A stretch of DNA of 64,000 nt from Camelus ferus (lineage: Eukaryota): the NCBI RefSeq assembly GCF_009834535.1, contig NC_045707.1:61816001-61880000 (forward strand). Reading direction: 5' to 3'. The notes beneath the pieces were generated by a model. That model worked only from the letters and a program-made list of their open reading frames with translations. It had not been told where the DNA came from and made no database searches. The translations under genes were made by a program, and so were the position numbers. Below, piece after piece: positions 51,404 through 63,192 of the stretch; positions within the stretch are counted from its first letter, which is position 1, and each line of letters starts with the position of its first letter.

Positions 51404-54400
51404 TAATCGTTAAACAGAGCAAATGATAATAAAAATGTGTTTTGTTTGTTAGAATGTGTTGTATCAATTACATTTTGAACTGAATTTCAGTTCCCTAAGT
51501 GCTTTATCTCCTCTAATATCTGTTGGAAACAATCAAATCCCATTTCTTCTTCCTAAGAGATAAACCAAAAAAGACACGTTTTTAGTTTAAAATTATATCA
51601 GGGATAGAAAAATCTCCTCATTTAAGCATCCTTGTGGAAAAAGGCCAATTCCTTGGCAATGTTTGCTGATAGAAACCAAGGTGTGTCTGTGCTATTCTGT
51701 CTTTAATTTCAGGAAAGTAGAGGACATTCCCCACTGTATTTCCATTGTCTAGCGTAAATAAATGAACAAATCATGAGATAAAAATTTTCAGAACTCTCCG
51801 CTTTTAAACATTTACCGCTCCTATTTTTCAAAGCACTGTCAGAATTTTGCTTTTAATTTTTTTCTCAAAACTTTAAATGCTTTCCAAAGATATATAAAAT
51901 AAAGTGAAAATAAAATTGTGAGTGGCATACACGTTAGAGAATACAGATAAGGAGGATGGCTCTTGGATTAGATTTCTTACATTTGATCCTAATCCTGATG
52001 CTTAAAATCTTCCAGACTCGGTATTCTTTTTGATTTTTTCTGGATATAAAATTAGTACATCATCTCTTTGGGTCATCGTGAGTGGATGGTATGCAGGAGT
52101 GACCAGCTAATGTTACATACTATTATTTTTATTCTATTCTACTTTAGACCTCCTTCAGCTGACAATGAAACTGCTTTCCCAGCTTCAGCTCTCAGTAGAT
52201 TCTCACCATTCTTTGGCAACTCCTTGTTAATGACCATTTTAAAAATATTATTCTGCAAGTTTTACATCTCTAGGCCTGTTTATTCTAGTTTAAACTCTTT
52301 CTCAAGGTACAATTTAAACATCTTCTGGGATAGATTACTGCCTCCAAGTCAATTCCTCCAAGCACATGGAGTTCTGTGTCAGGAAGACTATTTTGAAGGT
52401 CATAAAGACAAGGAAAGAATAAACATGCATATGTGGACAATTTATAAAATGCAGATGCAGCTCAGGTGTAGGATAGAAGTTCTTTGGAACTTGTTCCACT
52501 TCCCTTTGTTTGTCTCTAGAGAAAAAGCTTTCAGCTCAACTGCCAGCAGCCAGCTAGAATGATGAGCACCACACACGTCTGTATTTTTTGTACTTCCTTG
52601 CCCCTTAACAGAAATCGGGTGCCATCAAAAAGCCCAATCCTAGACCACATTAAACAACCAAATAAAAACCCCATTACAGATGCCCAGATTCCATTTCCAA
52701 AATGATACCATGCCATCTTCAAATTTCCTGATCTGACACTCCTTGACTTGTACTCTTGATTTTTTTTTCCCTACTAAACACCAAAAACTTTTTGAAGCAC
52801 TAGAAATTTACCATTAGTAAAATAAAATCTCTGAGGGTCATGTAGCTTACATTCTAATAAAGAGGTCTCCATTCATTATTCAAAGTATGAATTCATTTTA
52901 GTAAACTTATATTACATGTCACTCTCAAATTTGATCAGCATGACGCTAAACTTAACTTAGCAGGGAAAACAGCTCCAAAAGGGCCAAGGGTAGAGGCTGC
53001 ATCAGAAGGCGGGAGGTTTTCCCTCAGATAAAGCAGCAAATATTTACAAAAATGAATGAAAATGGGAAAAAGGAATGAACATATAAAAATGAAGAAAGAA
53101 TGAGGAACTAAGGAGGGTGTAAAAGGATAAAGAAGGGATAGAGGTTAGAGAAGGGAAGAAAGACGTGCAGAATGGATGAAGCCTCAGTCTGTCTGTCCCT
53201 CCTACCTGTCTGTTCCTCCCAATAATCAGGTCAGCTCAAGGGATGCACATTTAAATTAGTACCAGCCTAAAATGTAATTAGGCAGTATATCTGCTAGGGG
53301 GAGAATGAAGTCTGTAATGCATTCCAAAACCAATGATTTAGATCATCTAGGTCAAAAATTTTCTTTACGTTCTCGGACAGTGGTAAATTTCCTTTACTGC
53401 ATTTCCTTAATGTATTCCTGCTTGGAGTACACATTTGATAGCTATAAATCAAACTTTAATTCATTTTTTATCAATATAGGATGTGGTTTTGATTGTGATA
53501 TTTGAAAGATGTTAAAGTCAGCTCATTGAGCCATTGTAGGACCATGCTACAAAAATAGCAGTAATTTATCTCTTCAGAATGGCGGAGTTGGAGAATGGAT
53601 TCTGGGACTGTGGCCTGTTTGTGATTGATGAAGCAACATTGTCAATTATGAGACTTAACAGATCCCAGAAAGGCCCAGCTCTCCTGGCTACTGAGCCTTT
53701 CCCTGAAAACTAATCAGATTTGCTGGATGCCAACGTATGGATTTGATGAGATTCAGAATAAAAATGCGAAGGGAATAAAACTTTTATGAATGCAATACTC
53801 TTATAAATCAACTACATATAGGGTTAATAAAAAGCCACATTTCTGGTAATAATATTTCAAGTTTTAGAGGAAAGTGAAGTATTTAAGGAGTTTTATTTAT
53901 CTAACAGGCTTTGTGTTATAGTCCAAATTGTGTCTAAATTTGGTAGCATCCCACTGACAGCGTAGTCAGAAGGTCTAGGATAGAATAGTGAACTCGCTAT
54001 GGGATGCCCTTATTAAATCTTAGTGCTGGCTGACAGTCTGTAAAATCTTGCTACTCCAAATAATGAAATAATACATGGGGGAATTTTTGTTACATAACAA
54101 TTATTAAGTTTCTTCATGAATTGAAAGCCAATCTTATCAGGCTGTTTTCAAGAACTACGTTACGTTTCTGAAAGATAAAAACTGACCAGAGGTTGAAAAT
54201 AAATATTCCATTCTGCTCTTTGCAATTCCCTTTTGAGATTCAGAATGCCTTCTTCTGACTTCATTGTGAACTCCCGGCTACAGGTTTATGCTTCCTATTC
54301 TCTTGGAGCTTAATCAAGCCCTTCATATATATACACAAATGTATGTATGTGCATATATATATGATTTTTTTCTTTAACAGTAATCTCTTTGAATATGTAG

Positions 54401-54906
54401 AGGTATGGTTTAATTTATGCAAGACATTCACAAAGCCTGCATAATTTGAATTTTGTACAATGGATTATCTTTTTATATATTATATTAAAACACTAGGTTT
54501 TTGTAACTGATTTCCATTTTAAATGATTAATTTCTCAATGTATTTTCCAAATTATTTAATGATATTAACACCAACAGGATGTTTTCTTTATACAGGAGAG
54601 CAAAACTGAATTTTTTCCTAAATAGTAATTTTCTTCCTAATTATCAAAGTAAGATGCTTTTGGCAGAAGAACACAGAAAATAGAGAAATTTATAAGAAAA
54701 TAATACTCATTTATAAAAGTATTATATTTCAGTGTTTTTCTCTCTAACATTTTCCTTATTATTGAAGTAAACAAAGCACTAGAAATCTGGCATATTAGTT
54801 ATTTAAGTACTATGGTTAAGAGTTATTAAAGACTATAAAACTAAAATATTACAACTAATATACATGTTAAATATCAAACATAACTAGTAATTGAGATCAG
54901 GTAAAG

Positions 54907-55258
54907 TGCTATTGTCTGAATGGTTGTGTCCCCCCCACCCCCACCAAATTTACATGTTGGAACCCTAAAGCCCAATGTGATGATTTTAGAAGGTGGAGTT
55001 AGGGGTGATGAGGGTGGAGACTTCATGAATAGGATTAGTTCTCTTGAAAAAAAGATCCGGTAGAGCTCCCTCGCCCCTTTCACCATCTGGGGGGATACAA
55101 TGAGAAGTCTGCAGCCCGGAAGAGGGCCCTCCCCTGACCATGCTGGCACCCTGATCTCAGACTTCCAACCTCCAAAACTATTAGAAATTAAATTTCTATT
55201 GTTTTTAAACCACCCAATCTATGGTAGTTTGTTATAGCAGCTCACATGGACTAAGATA
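54907..55258 (+). mobile_element. MaLR LTR (MLT1A-like) with probable 5-bp TSD
   Basis: tgctattgtctgaatggttgtgtcccccc...ccatgctggcaccctgatctcagacttcca...gttatagcagc..ggactaagata. Flanks taaag / tcaag. Confidence 0.92.
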
Positions 55259-55275
55259 TCAAGTAACTTGAAATT

Positions 55276-55429
55276 ATACTGTCTAGCACAGGGAACTATA
55301 TTCAATATCTTGTAGTAACCTATAATGAAAAAGAATATGAAAATGAATATATGTATGACTGAACTATTATGCCGTACACCAGAAAATTGACACAACATTG
55401 AAACTTAGTATACTTCAATTAAAAAAAAA
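55276..55429 (+). mobile_element. Short 5'-truncated L1 3' end (related to the 49730-51055 element)
   Basis: tagcacagggaactatattcaatatcttgtagtaacc...aaaaagaatatgaa...gtacaccagaaaattgacacaacattg aligns by eye to 50855-50985 and ends in an A-run. Confidence 0.85.
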
Positions 55430-55876
55430 CTCAACAGTTTAAAAATTCATAAATTAGAAAGCCATCAAAAACCAATGTAAACACTCTCGCCCACCTCTTT
55501 GAAATAGAGTGAGACTTTGAAATATATGTAAGAAGGCTAAAATGCGTATATTCCTTGTCACATAGAGAATTATCTCCAGATCTCAATCTCATATTTTTTG
55601 ACTAAATTATTTCTGTCCTATAAATTTGTTATTTTCTATGAGAAACATCTTCAAAATATATAGGAATATACCTACCTCTCAAGAGGTGCTTCTGGATAGG
55701 GGATATCTGTGGGATGGATATCTGTGTTCAATAATCACTCTGCCATGGTCCAAAGAATATTTTGTTGAGGGGCAGGGAAATCAGGAAGCTCACTGGGAGG
55801 CAGTTACAGTGTTCCAGACAAAAGATGATGGTGGCTTGTAAACAGGTGATGGCTGTAGAGATTTGAGAGGTAGATG

Positions 55877-55929
55877 GAGACACAGAGAAAGAGACGGAGA
55901 CACAGAGAAAGAGACGGAGACAGAGACAG
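55877..55929. repeat. Short tandem duplication of a 20-bp unit (gagacacagagaaagagacg)x2 plus a partial copy
   Basis: Read directly. Confidence 0.85.
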
Positions 55930-56714
55930 AATGAGAGATTTCTCTCCATCAGCAACTAAGATGCTCTACAGTAAGTTATTCAGTAATTTGTTGAGTGGAT
56001 TAATCAATGAATAGATTGACTAACAATGTAATAGAGTATTTTATAAGTGTGAGTAACTACTTCCAGTCTTCTTTAATTTAAATGAAACTTGATTGTTACC
56101 TCCTATCAAAATAATGAGTTTAAAGCAAGAGCAACATTGATTTCCCTTAATGTTTTTAACTATGTCCTTGGTTAAAATAATAACAAATGAACTGATCCAA
56201 AAACATTAGTAAAGCATAGTGAAAATAATTAAAAGAATTATTGGAAGTGTCTTAGCTCTGTGAATTTAAAAATAATCACAAGGTTTTGAAGAATTCAAAC
56301 ATTGTAAGTAAATTCATGATGATGTGTAAGTTGGGATATACTCCATTTCTTCTTACTTCTTACAAAGAAATACAAAGCCATTTTGAGAAAGAAGTAAGTA
56401 ACAACATTTTGGATGGAAAAATGAAGCTTTGAGCTTGTTTTTATTTTATCGTCATTAATGGTATTTATATACAAAAGGACTAGTGTATCTAAATAAGCAA
56501 ATGACAACCCAAATGCATCGCTCTATTTGCTTACATTCCAGAAATCTCAAAGAAGATAAAATTTTCCCCCTTTTTTACCTACAGTCAGTTTCTTCCCAGT
56601 CTCTGCTAACAGTGCCCAGAGGTGCCAAGACTTGTTCAGAGTGACCCTCACCCCTCCTCTGTGTCCTCATTCTCCCTGTGCCTCTTTCTTCTCTTCTTTG
56701 CTGCTTATTCACCA

Positions 56715-57130
56715 TTTGCCTTGCCAGGTCCTCTCCCTGACCTTCTTGGCCTTGATTCACGCTTCTGAAGTTTGCCCTGTGCTGACTGGTCACCCAGGCT
56801 CTCTTGTTCTTGATTTCTGGATAGATTTTGCCAGTGGGAGGCATGGGCAGGGGATCAGAGGATGGGAAAGAAAAGAGACCATGTATTTATGCTCCACAAC
56901 CCAGCTCCCTCCCTGTTGCACCACCATGGCTGTATTCCAGCTCCTGTCTGCTGCCCTTGTCCAAGGAACACCGTACCTTCCATTTGCCCCTTCAGGTCTA
57001 GAGCTGGTAACCATTTTCTTCTGTAGCTTTTTAGTCCCTTAGCCTCTAAGTTCATATGCTCTCAAATTATTTTCAGTTACGCATTTTTGAGTGTGTCCTT
57101 TATTTTTCCTATCAAGACAATGACTGATGT
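56715..57130 (+). mobile_element. ERVL LTR (LTR33-like)
   Basis: tttctggatagattttgccagtgggaggcatgggcaggggatcagagg...ctccctccctg...tttgccccttcaggtctagag...tttttgagtgtgtcc. Confidence 0.7.
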
Positions 57131-57584
57131 ATTTTGCCCAGCCTCAGATATGGGTATTATTTCCTGTTGCCTGGGGCCAGTGTACTTTGCCTGGACATGA
57201 CTATGGAGTCCTCCTTCATTGCTTTTTCTAGGTAACGTTAGATGTTGTGTGTTTATTTCTGTTCACTGAAAACAATACCTTCTCTGTTTTCTTCATGCAA
57301 GTCTTTTTTATTTCGGCTCTGCTGGTTTATTAATTAATGTCATTAACTGTGGGAAAGTGAATAGATTGTTTTTTCTGGAAGTCCTCAAGGTTTTAATTCA
57401 AAGAAATGAAGTAAATTTCAGATAATTTAATAGGAGTCATTGATATGGAAAAGTGTTTAATTTTTTCCTAATATCCGCATACTTTATGATGACACATAGC
57501 TATTCAGTAATGACTGCTGTGATTAAAAACTTAAAGACATAGACAAAGCCTGTATTTAAAGCTTCTGTAGACTCACTATTTCAT

Positions 57585-57655
57585 TTTTATTTTTTAAACT
57601 GAGATATAATTGACATATAACAAATGTTCCAAATGTACAACATAATGACTTGATT
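57585..57655 (-). mobile_element. Short L1 3' terminus
   Basis: ttttaaactgagatataattgacatataaca...gtacaacataatgacttgat. Confidence 0.7.
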
Positions 57656-57803
57656 CTTCGGACCCTCCATTTCATACTTAGCACAGCAATTAATATGCTT
57701 TAATTTCTGGTCCTTACTCTCAGAAGGCCATGATTTTATCTATTTTTTTCCTGATTTGATTTTTGTCAGCTGGTTTTTAGTTTCGTTTTCTTCTGCTTCC
57801 ATT

Positions 57804-58277
57804 TGTCGACTGAAATAAATGCGCAGCCTAAAAGTTGAGAGTTACGTTTTATTTGGCGGGAGGACTTGAGCAGGGATGACAGCCTCTCAGATCCTCTGAG
57901 GGACTGCTCCCAAGAGGTAGGGGAGGAGCTAGGATATATAGGAGCTTTAACACAAAGACCAGGTAGTTCGGAACAATAAAAGATTGCTTGTTAACTAAAG
58001 AAAACCAGGCATCTCAAGTTAAAGAATTTAGTGCTTTTCTATGTATGGGAGGAAGCAAACATTTGGGCTCACTGAATTCATTCCTTTGACAAGCACCTAG
58101 CCATCTAGGGCCAGTATACTGTCCTTTCTTATTCTGAGTCCCCTCGGGGTGCACCATTGTGAGAGGCTGCAGAGGCTGGGCTGCAGGCCCGTCCCCACTG
58201 GGGGGTGGCGGCAGCCGCTGATGACTTGGTTTCAGCATTCTTTGTTTAGTGATACGGTTGCAGTATTTTCGTTCACA
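57804..58277 (-). mobile_element. MER41-like ERV1 solo LTR (artiodactyl-type), apparently full length
   Basis: TG..CA termini. cctaaaagttgagagttacgttttatt, ggggaggagctaggatatatagg and aagaaaaccaggcatctcaagttaaagaatttagtgcttttctatgtatggga match recalled MER41_BT-like consensus. Minus-strand TATA near 57935-57940 and AATAAA at 57848-57853. Confidence 0.8.
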
Positions 58278-58728
58278 CTTTTTACATTTCTTTACCTAAT
58301 GAATTTTTACTTAAACCTCAAATCAAAGTGCAGATGGTCCCTTCTCCATGAAGCTTTCCCTGATTCTGGCAAGGAAAAAAAACTAATAATTTCATCCACT
58401 CTAATTCAAAATTGACACATATAATTATCATAAAACATAGAATGTTCTCTAGCAATAATTTTGACAAGCTTACATTTGAGTACATCTTTTGACTTTTTCA
58501 AGGGACAGGCACTGTATATTGATTCTCACAATAATCTCAACAAATAGTTGAACTCTTACAATTTGAATTCAATTAATATGTGCCAAATCAATGAATTAGA
58601 TAAAAATTAGTAGATTAAAGGAAATGGGAACTTCTAGATTGTTACTAGAAATTCATTATTGATATGTTTGCCTTTATTTTTGCTTCACTCAGACAATGTT
58701 TGTATGATCTTCTGCATTTGTTTTAACA

Positions 58729-58802
58729 TTATAAATTTATATTATAAATTTAAATTCCTATATTATAAATTTAAATTCCTATATTATAAATTTAACATTC
58801 CT
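58729..58802. repeat. AT-rich minisatellite, 21-bp unit tattataaatttaaattccta, about 3 copies
   Basis: Exact copies at 58740-58760 and 58761-58781 with partial copies on both sides. Confidence 0.9.
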
Positions 58803-59649
58803 TAATATACATATTATGTATCAAAACAGTGACGGCTTTGAATCTACTGCTGTTTTCATTGCAAACCATTGATAGATTTTTGACTCAGTCTGGCCTAATT
58901 TTTAAATTTTAGCTTGGGGATTATGAGATTATAAATTAGAAATATTAGTAAAGCTAAAATAAGTCTACAGGGTAGGATGACACATCCAGTTTTCATTGCA
59001 ATGAAAATAATACTTTCTACTAAAAATCTCAAAGTGTCATCAGGATTAAATGAATGAACACAACATAAAGCACTTGTAACAATGCCTGACACACAGTACT
59101 CCTAAAATAAATATTAGCAGATTCTTTTTCTTATTATTAATGTCATTTGCGTTAAGAATCAAAGAGATTTCTAGGAGAAGTTATCTATAGAGAAAGAATG
59201 GCTGTTCTGAATAAATCCTGTTTGTTTTTTTCCAGACAGTTCTTCCCTGTTCATCACTCACATGGGCTCATGTTTGAACTGCAGAGACAGGAAAGGCTGT
59301 AGTAATGTCTTTGTATCAGAACATGAAAGTTTAGTACCCATTCTAGAGGAATGCAACATAAAAGAGAAAATAAGCATTTTCCTCATTTACAACTCAGAAC
59401 ATAACATAAAGATAGCACTAAGGACTCCAGATGTCCAAGCACCAGCGTCCTGGGGAGACCAGCCGTTTTCTGGGATCAGGGAAGGGAGTGCTAGTGCCTT
59501 ACATCAGGCCCAGGGGATGGCAGCGGCAGCCGGTGGACAGCAGAGGGCAATGAGGCAGATCTGGGGACAAGTCTAACATTCTCAAGGTCAACAGCAGCAG
59601 TCATCTTAAAATACGTCTCTCGTAAGGTCTTAAGAGAAAAGCTTATCAT

Positions 59650-60024
59650 AGTGCGAGGCAGGTGGTGGGGGAAGAATGAATAGGCAGACAGAGGAATTTT
59701 AGGGCCATGAGAATACTCTCGATAATATTATAATGATGGCTATATGTCATTAGAATTTCCCCAAACCCAGAGACAAAATGAATTTTCCCAAACCCATACA
59801 ACACCAAGCGTGAATCCTCAGGTAAACTATGGACTCTGGATGATTGTGATGTGTCGGTGTTGTGCATTCATTGTAACAAACATGCCATTCTGGTGAATGG
59901 TGTTAAAATGGGGAGGATATGCGTGTGTGGGGTGAGGGGTATGTGGGAAATCTCTGTACCTTCTTCTCAGTTTTGTTGTAAAGTTAAAACTGCTCTAAAA
60001 ATAAAGTCTTTAATTAAAAAAAAA
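59650..60024 (+). mobile_element. L1MC-like 3' end
   Basis: gtaaactatggactctgg, ggggtatgtgggaaatctctgtaccttcttctcagttttgttgtaaagttaaaactgctctaaaaataaagtct, then an A-tail. Confidence 0.88.
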
Positions 60025-61089
60025 GCTGCCTGCTGCATATAAAATCTACATATTAGCTGCTCTTTGACTTGGATGATAAACTAATGAGAACTTTGCAAAT
60101 CGTGGTACTACGGTGCTTTTTCTGTGTAATGAAATGACAAATTTCACCCCCCCAACAAATTAAAGCAGTGCAGAGACAATACTGAACAGGGGCACGTAGC
60201 AATCAGATCGTAGAAGTGATTTTTAAAAAAGAAAGAAAAGTACTTGTTTACGGAGTGATGAAGACATTTATTTTATATTCTTCTGTAAAGGGTATTTATA
60301 GAGCATTTGAAACTTTAAACTTTCAAGAGTATTCTTATTAATATTTTACAATAATAAAGATGTTAGGCAAGTAAATTATCAAAGGAAAATGACGAAATCG
60401 TCTTTTGCAGTGCATGCAGGTTCGGATTTGTAAATGTCCCAAAAGGTAAGTTCAGCCTCTTGATCTGCTTGATTAACAATCTCTGCAAACAGAAAGAACT
60501 CTCCGTCGTGAAAATACGAAGTGCATTTTTCTTCTGTTTCTGTGCTTCCACCAAGGGAGAATTTTAGTCTTACCTAAATATCTAAATTCAATAAAATATT
60601 ATTCTAAGCCTAAAATAAACATCTCCATATAAGAAGTAATCTCCCACCTACAGAAACTTACACCCTTGTTATAATTACTTTAGTATTAACAACTCCTCCT
60701 CTTAACACTCAAAGTGTGTGGGTTCTGAGAAGGCAGCACACAAACCTGGTATTTTTTTAAGAAAGTCCGATAAAGACAGCATAATATCTTTCTTCTTCCA
60801 GATGGCGACGTATCACCATTTACTTTTATTTTTCCTTCTTTCACTGACTTTTCCCTCTAAAATTCACTATGTCTATGTCACTTATTCTGAACTAGACCTG
60901 TATGTGTAGCATTTATCCTTCTGCTTTTGCCATGTACTCAAATTCCTAAGAGAAAATTTGTGAAACGTTTACTATCCAGATGACCACACGTAGATTTTAA
61001 AACATATTATAAACTTGATTCTCATGAGATCAACAAAAATCTCCAGTTTTACGAGTTTTTGCATTTCCGTGAAATAAGGGATGTTAGTA

Positions 61090-61240
61090 GTGATAACTAT
61101 GATTTATGAAGTGCTTGCTATTTAGTGCCAAGTACTGTCCTAAAAGCAGAGCATTTGCCAGTCACCTGTAGGATGGGTGTGGTGTCTGCCCCATTTTACA
61201 GATGAAAGTTGAGGTACAAAATGTTTTAATAACCTGATGA
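61090..61240 (-). mobile_element. MIR SINE
   Basis: gtgccaagtactgtcctaa...ccccattttacagatgaaagttgagg. Confidence 0.7.
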
Positions 61241-62100
61241 TGAAAGTTTCAATGAATCTTGACATATTCTCAATTTTCTTAAAAGCTTAAGAACTTAGGT
61301 TATATTTGTCTACTGCTCCATTTAGGCAAAACGAGAGGTCTTGGAAAGATATAAAAGTCCCCCTAGACGGAAAAACCAGAAGGAAATTAAAATACTTTCA
61401 GAAGAGGTTTTGAATGCTGGAATCCATTTTCGGACTTCTGTTATCTACAAGCCCTCTCTATTGAAGGCAAAGTCTGAAATTGTCCAATGTCACATAGCTG
61501 GCAAGCTGTCCAGCAAGGAATTGAATCTAGACTGTCTGACTGTATAATTTATGACATTGTACTGGATGCATTGGAATTACATTTCCTTTTTGATAGCACT
61601 ACAGTAGTGAAAATCACAAATTGCTTGGAAGTAATTCTAATTTTTAAGTTTTCAGCTGTAGGAACAATGGAATGGATTCTGTCATTTTGCTCTTTTCAAA
61701 GGAAATATATCTGCTTCCTGGCATTGAAAGTAGGTAAATAAACTCTTTGAAAGATTGAGAATTTTAGCAATTTCATTTTGCTGGCACATGATCTTTGAGG
61801 TTATGCAAACTTTTCAGTGACAATTTATCAAACACACACATACACAGTGGCAGCACACTTGTAAAAAATAGTTTTAAATACTAGCTTTCCTAGTTCATTT
61901 TCTTCTCATGAAACTTACCATTCTTTCAAATGCATAAGGTTAAAAGGATTATACCTGGATCAAGTTTGAAAGAAAACAGGAGGTTAGCAAGTATTAGCTA
62001 TAATGATAGGAACATTTACCTAAAATATAGCACTTCTGTACTTTACCAAGCTTTCATTCTCATTACTTTCTGAAGAAAGCGAATTTAAGAAAAATATATG

Positions 62101-62312
62101 CAGGCCAACCTTACACAGTCATGCAAGTTGTGTCCTGCACGGGGGGCCTTAGTCAAGGAGCCAGCGGGGTCTGAAAACTGTCTCCATGTGCTACTTGAGA
62201 CAAGGCCATGTTAGCCCTGAGGAAAACTACAGCCTTTTTCTAATTCATCTTCCCAGACGGGGCACATTTTTCTAATTCAACAAATGAGCCTTACGTAAAA
62301 GTAGCAGCCCTG
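62101..62312. mobile_element. MER91A-like hAT-Tip100 DNA transposon with 8-bp TSD
   Basis: Termini cagg... and ...gccctg; internal gcaagttgtgtcctgcac and ggggcacatttttctaattc. Flanks aatatatg (62093-62100) / aatatgcg (62313-62320). Confidence 0.8.
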
Positions 62313-62439
62313 AATATGCGGGCTGGCCAAAATACTTTGCAGAGAATTTTGTTCATTATTGCACAAGTATTTTGTAAGAAGCAGCAAATACTGCTGGGCC
62401 CGGGGGCCAAAGGCACAGTACTAAGCTTCTAAGCTTTGG

Positions 62440-62975
62440 CTTGGTCAGTTGAGGTTGGGCTTTTCCGTCCTCTCAGTTAGCATCTGATAAAATCCTAGCA
62501 GGCAAGACTCTGATTAAACAGTTTCTCCCGAGGGCACGCCTTGTGGAGAAGAGCAGAATGCTCTGGTGTATTTCAAAATGGTCCTTTTCCCTCTCTCCCT
62601 GCAGGAAGCATGAGGGGGTACTTCTCTAACACTCACTGTGAGAACCTGGTAGGCTACACACTTTTGTGAAGTGAGACTGGATCCTACTGGAGATTTTAAC
62701 CCTCAGAGTTGTTCCCATTGAGCCTCCAGCCATTTCTCAATGACAGCTGAGGTCTTCCTGCCCCAGCATTGGTTACTGCAGAAGTTTCTACTCATGGGTT
62801 TTTGCTTTGGTGAGTGTCTGTATTCCTTTGTTGATCTCAGTGGTTTGTCCTGTGATCTCATTTCTCTTAGGAACCTAAGAACTGTTGATTTTTCAGTTAG
62901 TTCAGCTTTTTACTTGTTATTAGGGTGGAGTGGCAACCACCACGTTTCTTACATGCTTGGCCAGAAACCGAAGTC
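62440..62975 (-). mobile_element. Old L1 (L1MC/L1M4-like) 5'UTR including the extreme 5' end
   Basis: cactgtgagaacctggt, gttgttcccattgagcctccagc and ttcagctttttacttgttattagggtggagtggcaac...cttacatgcttggccagaaaccgaagtc. Confidence 0.7.
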
Positions 62976-63068
62976 TTGTTTGTTTGGTTTTTAGAAATGT
63001 ATGCATCTATCAATGTTGTAAATCACAAAAGCATGGAAAGAAGTTATTGCTTGTATTAAATTTTATTG

Positions 63069-63192
63069 GGGGGAGGGTGTAGCTCAAGTGGTAGAGCGCA
63101 TGCTTAGCATGCACAAGGTCCTGGGTTCAATCCCCAGTACCTCCTCTTAAAATAAATAAATAGGCCTAATCACTTCCGCCCAAACAAACAAA
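63069..63192 (+). mobile_element. tRNA-Ala(AGC)-derived SINE (Vic-1-like)
   Basis: GGGGAGGGTGTAGCTCAAGTGGTAGAGCGCATGCTTAGCATGCACAAGGTCCTGGGTTCAATCCCCAGTACCTCC followed by an aataaataaataggcctaatcac tail. TSD approximately aaattttattg / aaatttttattg. Confidence 0.95.

Noticed and set aside
52068..52562. Longest ORF in the track (164 aa)
   Set aside because: It starts at TTG, has no recognisable domain, has a composition typical of AT-rich non-coding DNA, and lacks supporting gene structure.
53288..53305. CTCF-like CTGCTAGGGGGAG
   Set aside because: It mismatches at highly conserved core positions.
56632..57042. 136-aa ORF
   Set aside because: It lies mostly within an LTR33-like repeat and is a chance ORF in GC-richer sequence.
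60411..60445. Peptide MQVRICKCPK resembling the p53/p63 RICACP motif
   Set aside because: The match is too short and no other p53-family exons are visible, so it is coincidental.
63072..63145. tRNA-Ala(AGC) gene
   Set aside because: The anticodon and acceptor stems are imperfect, and it has a SINE tail, TSDs and four sibling copies in the window.
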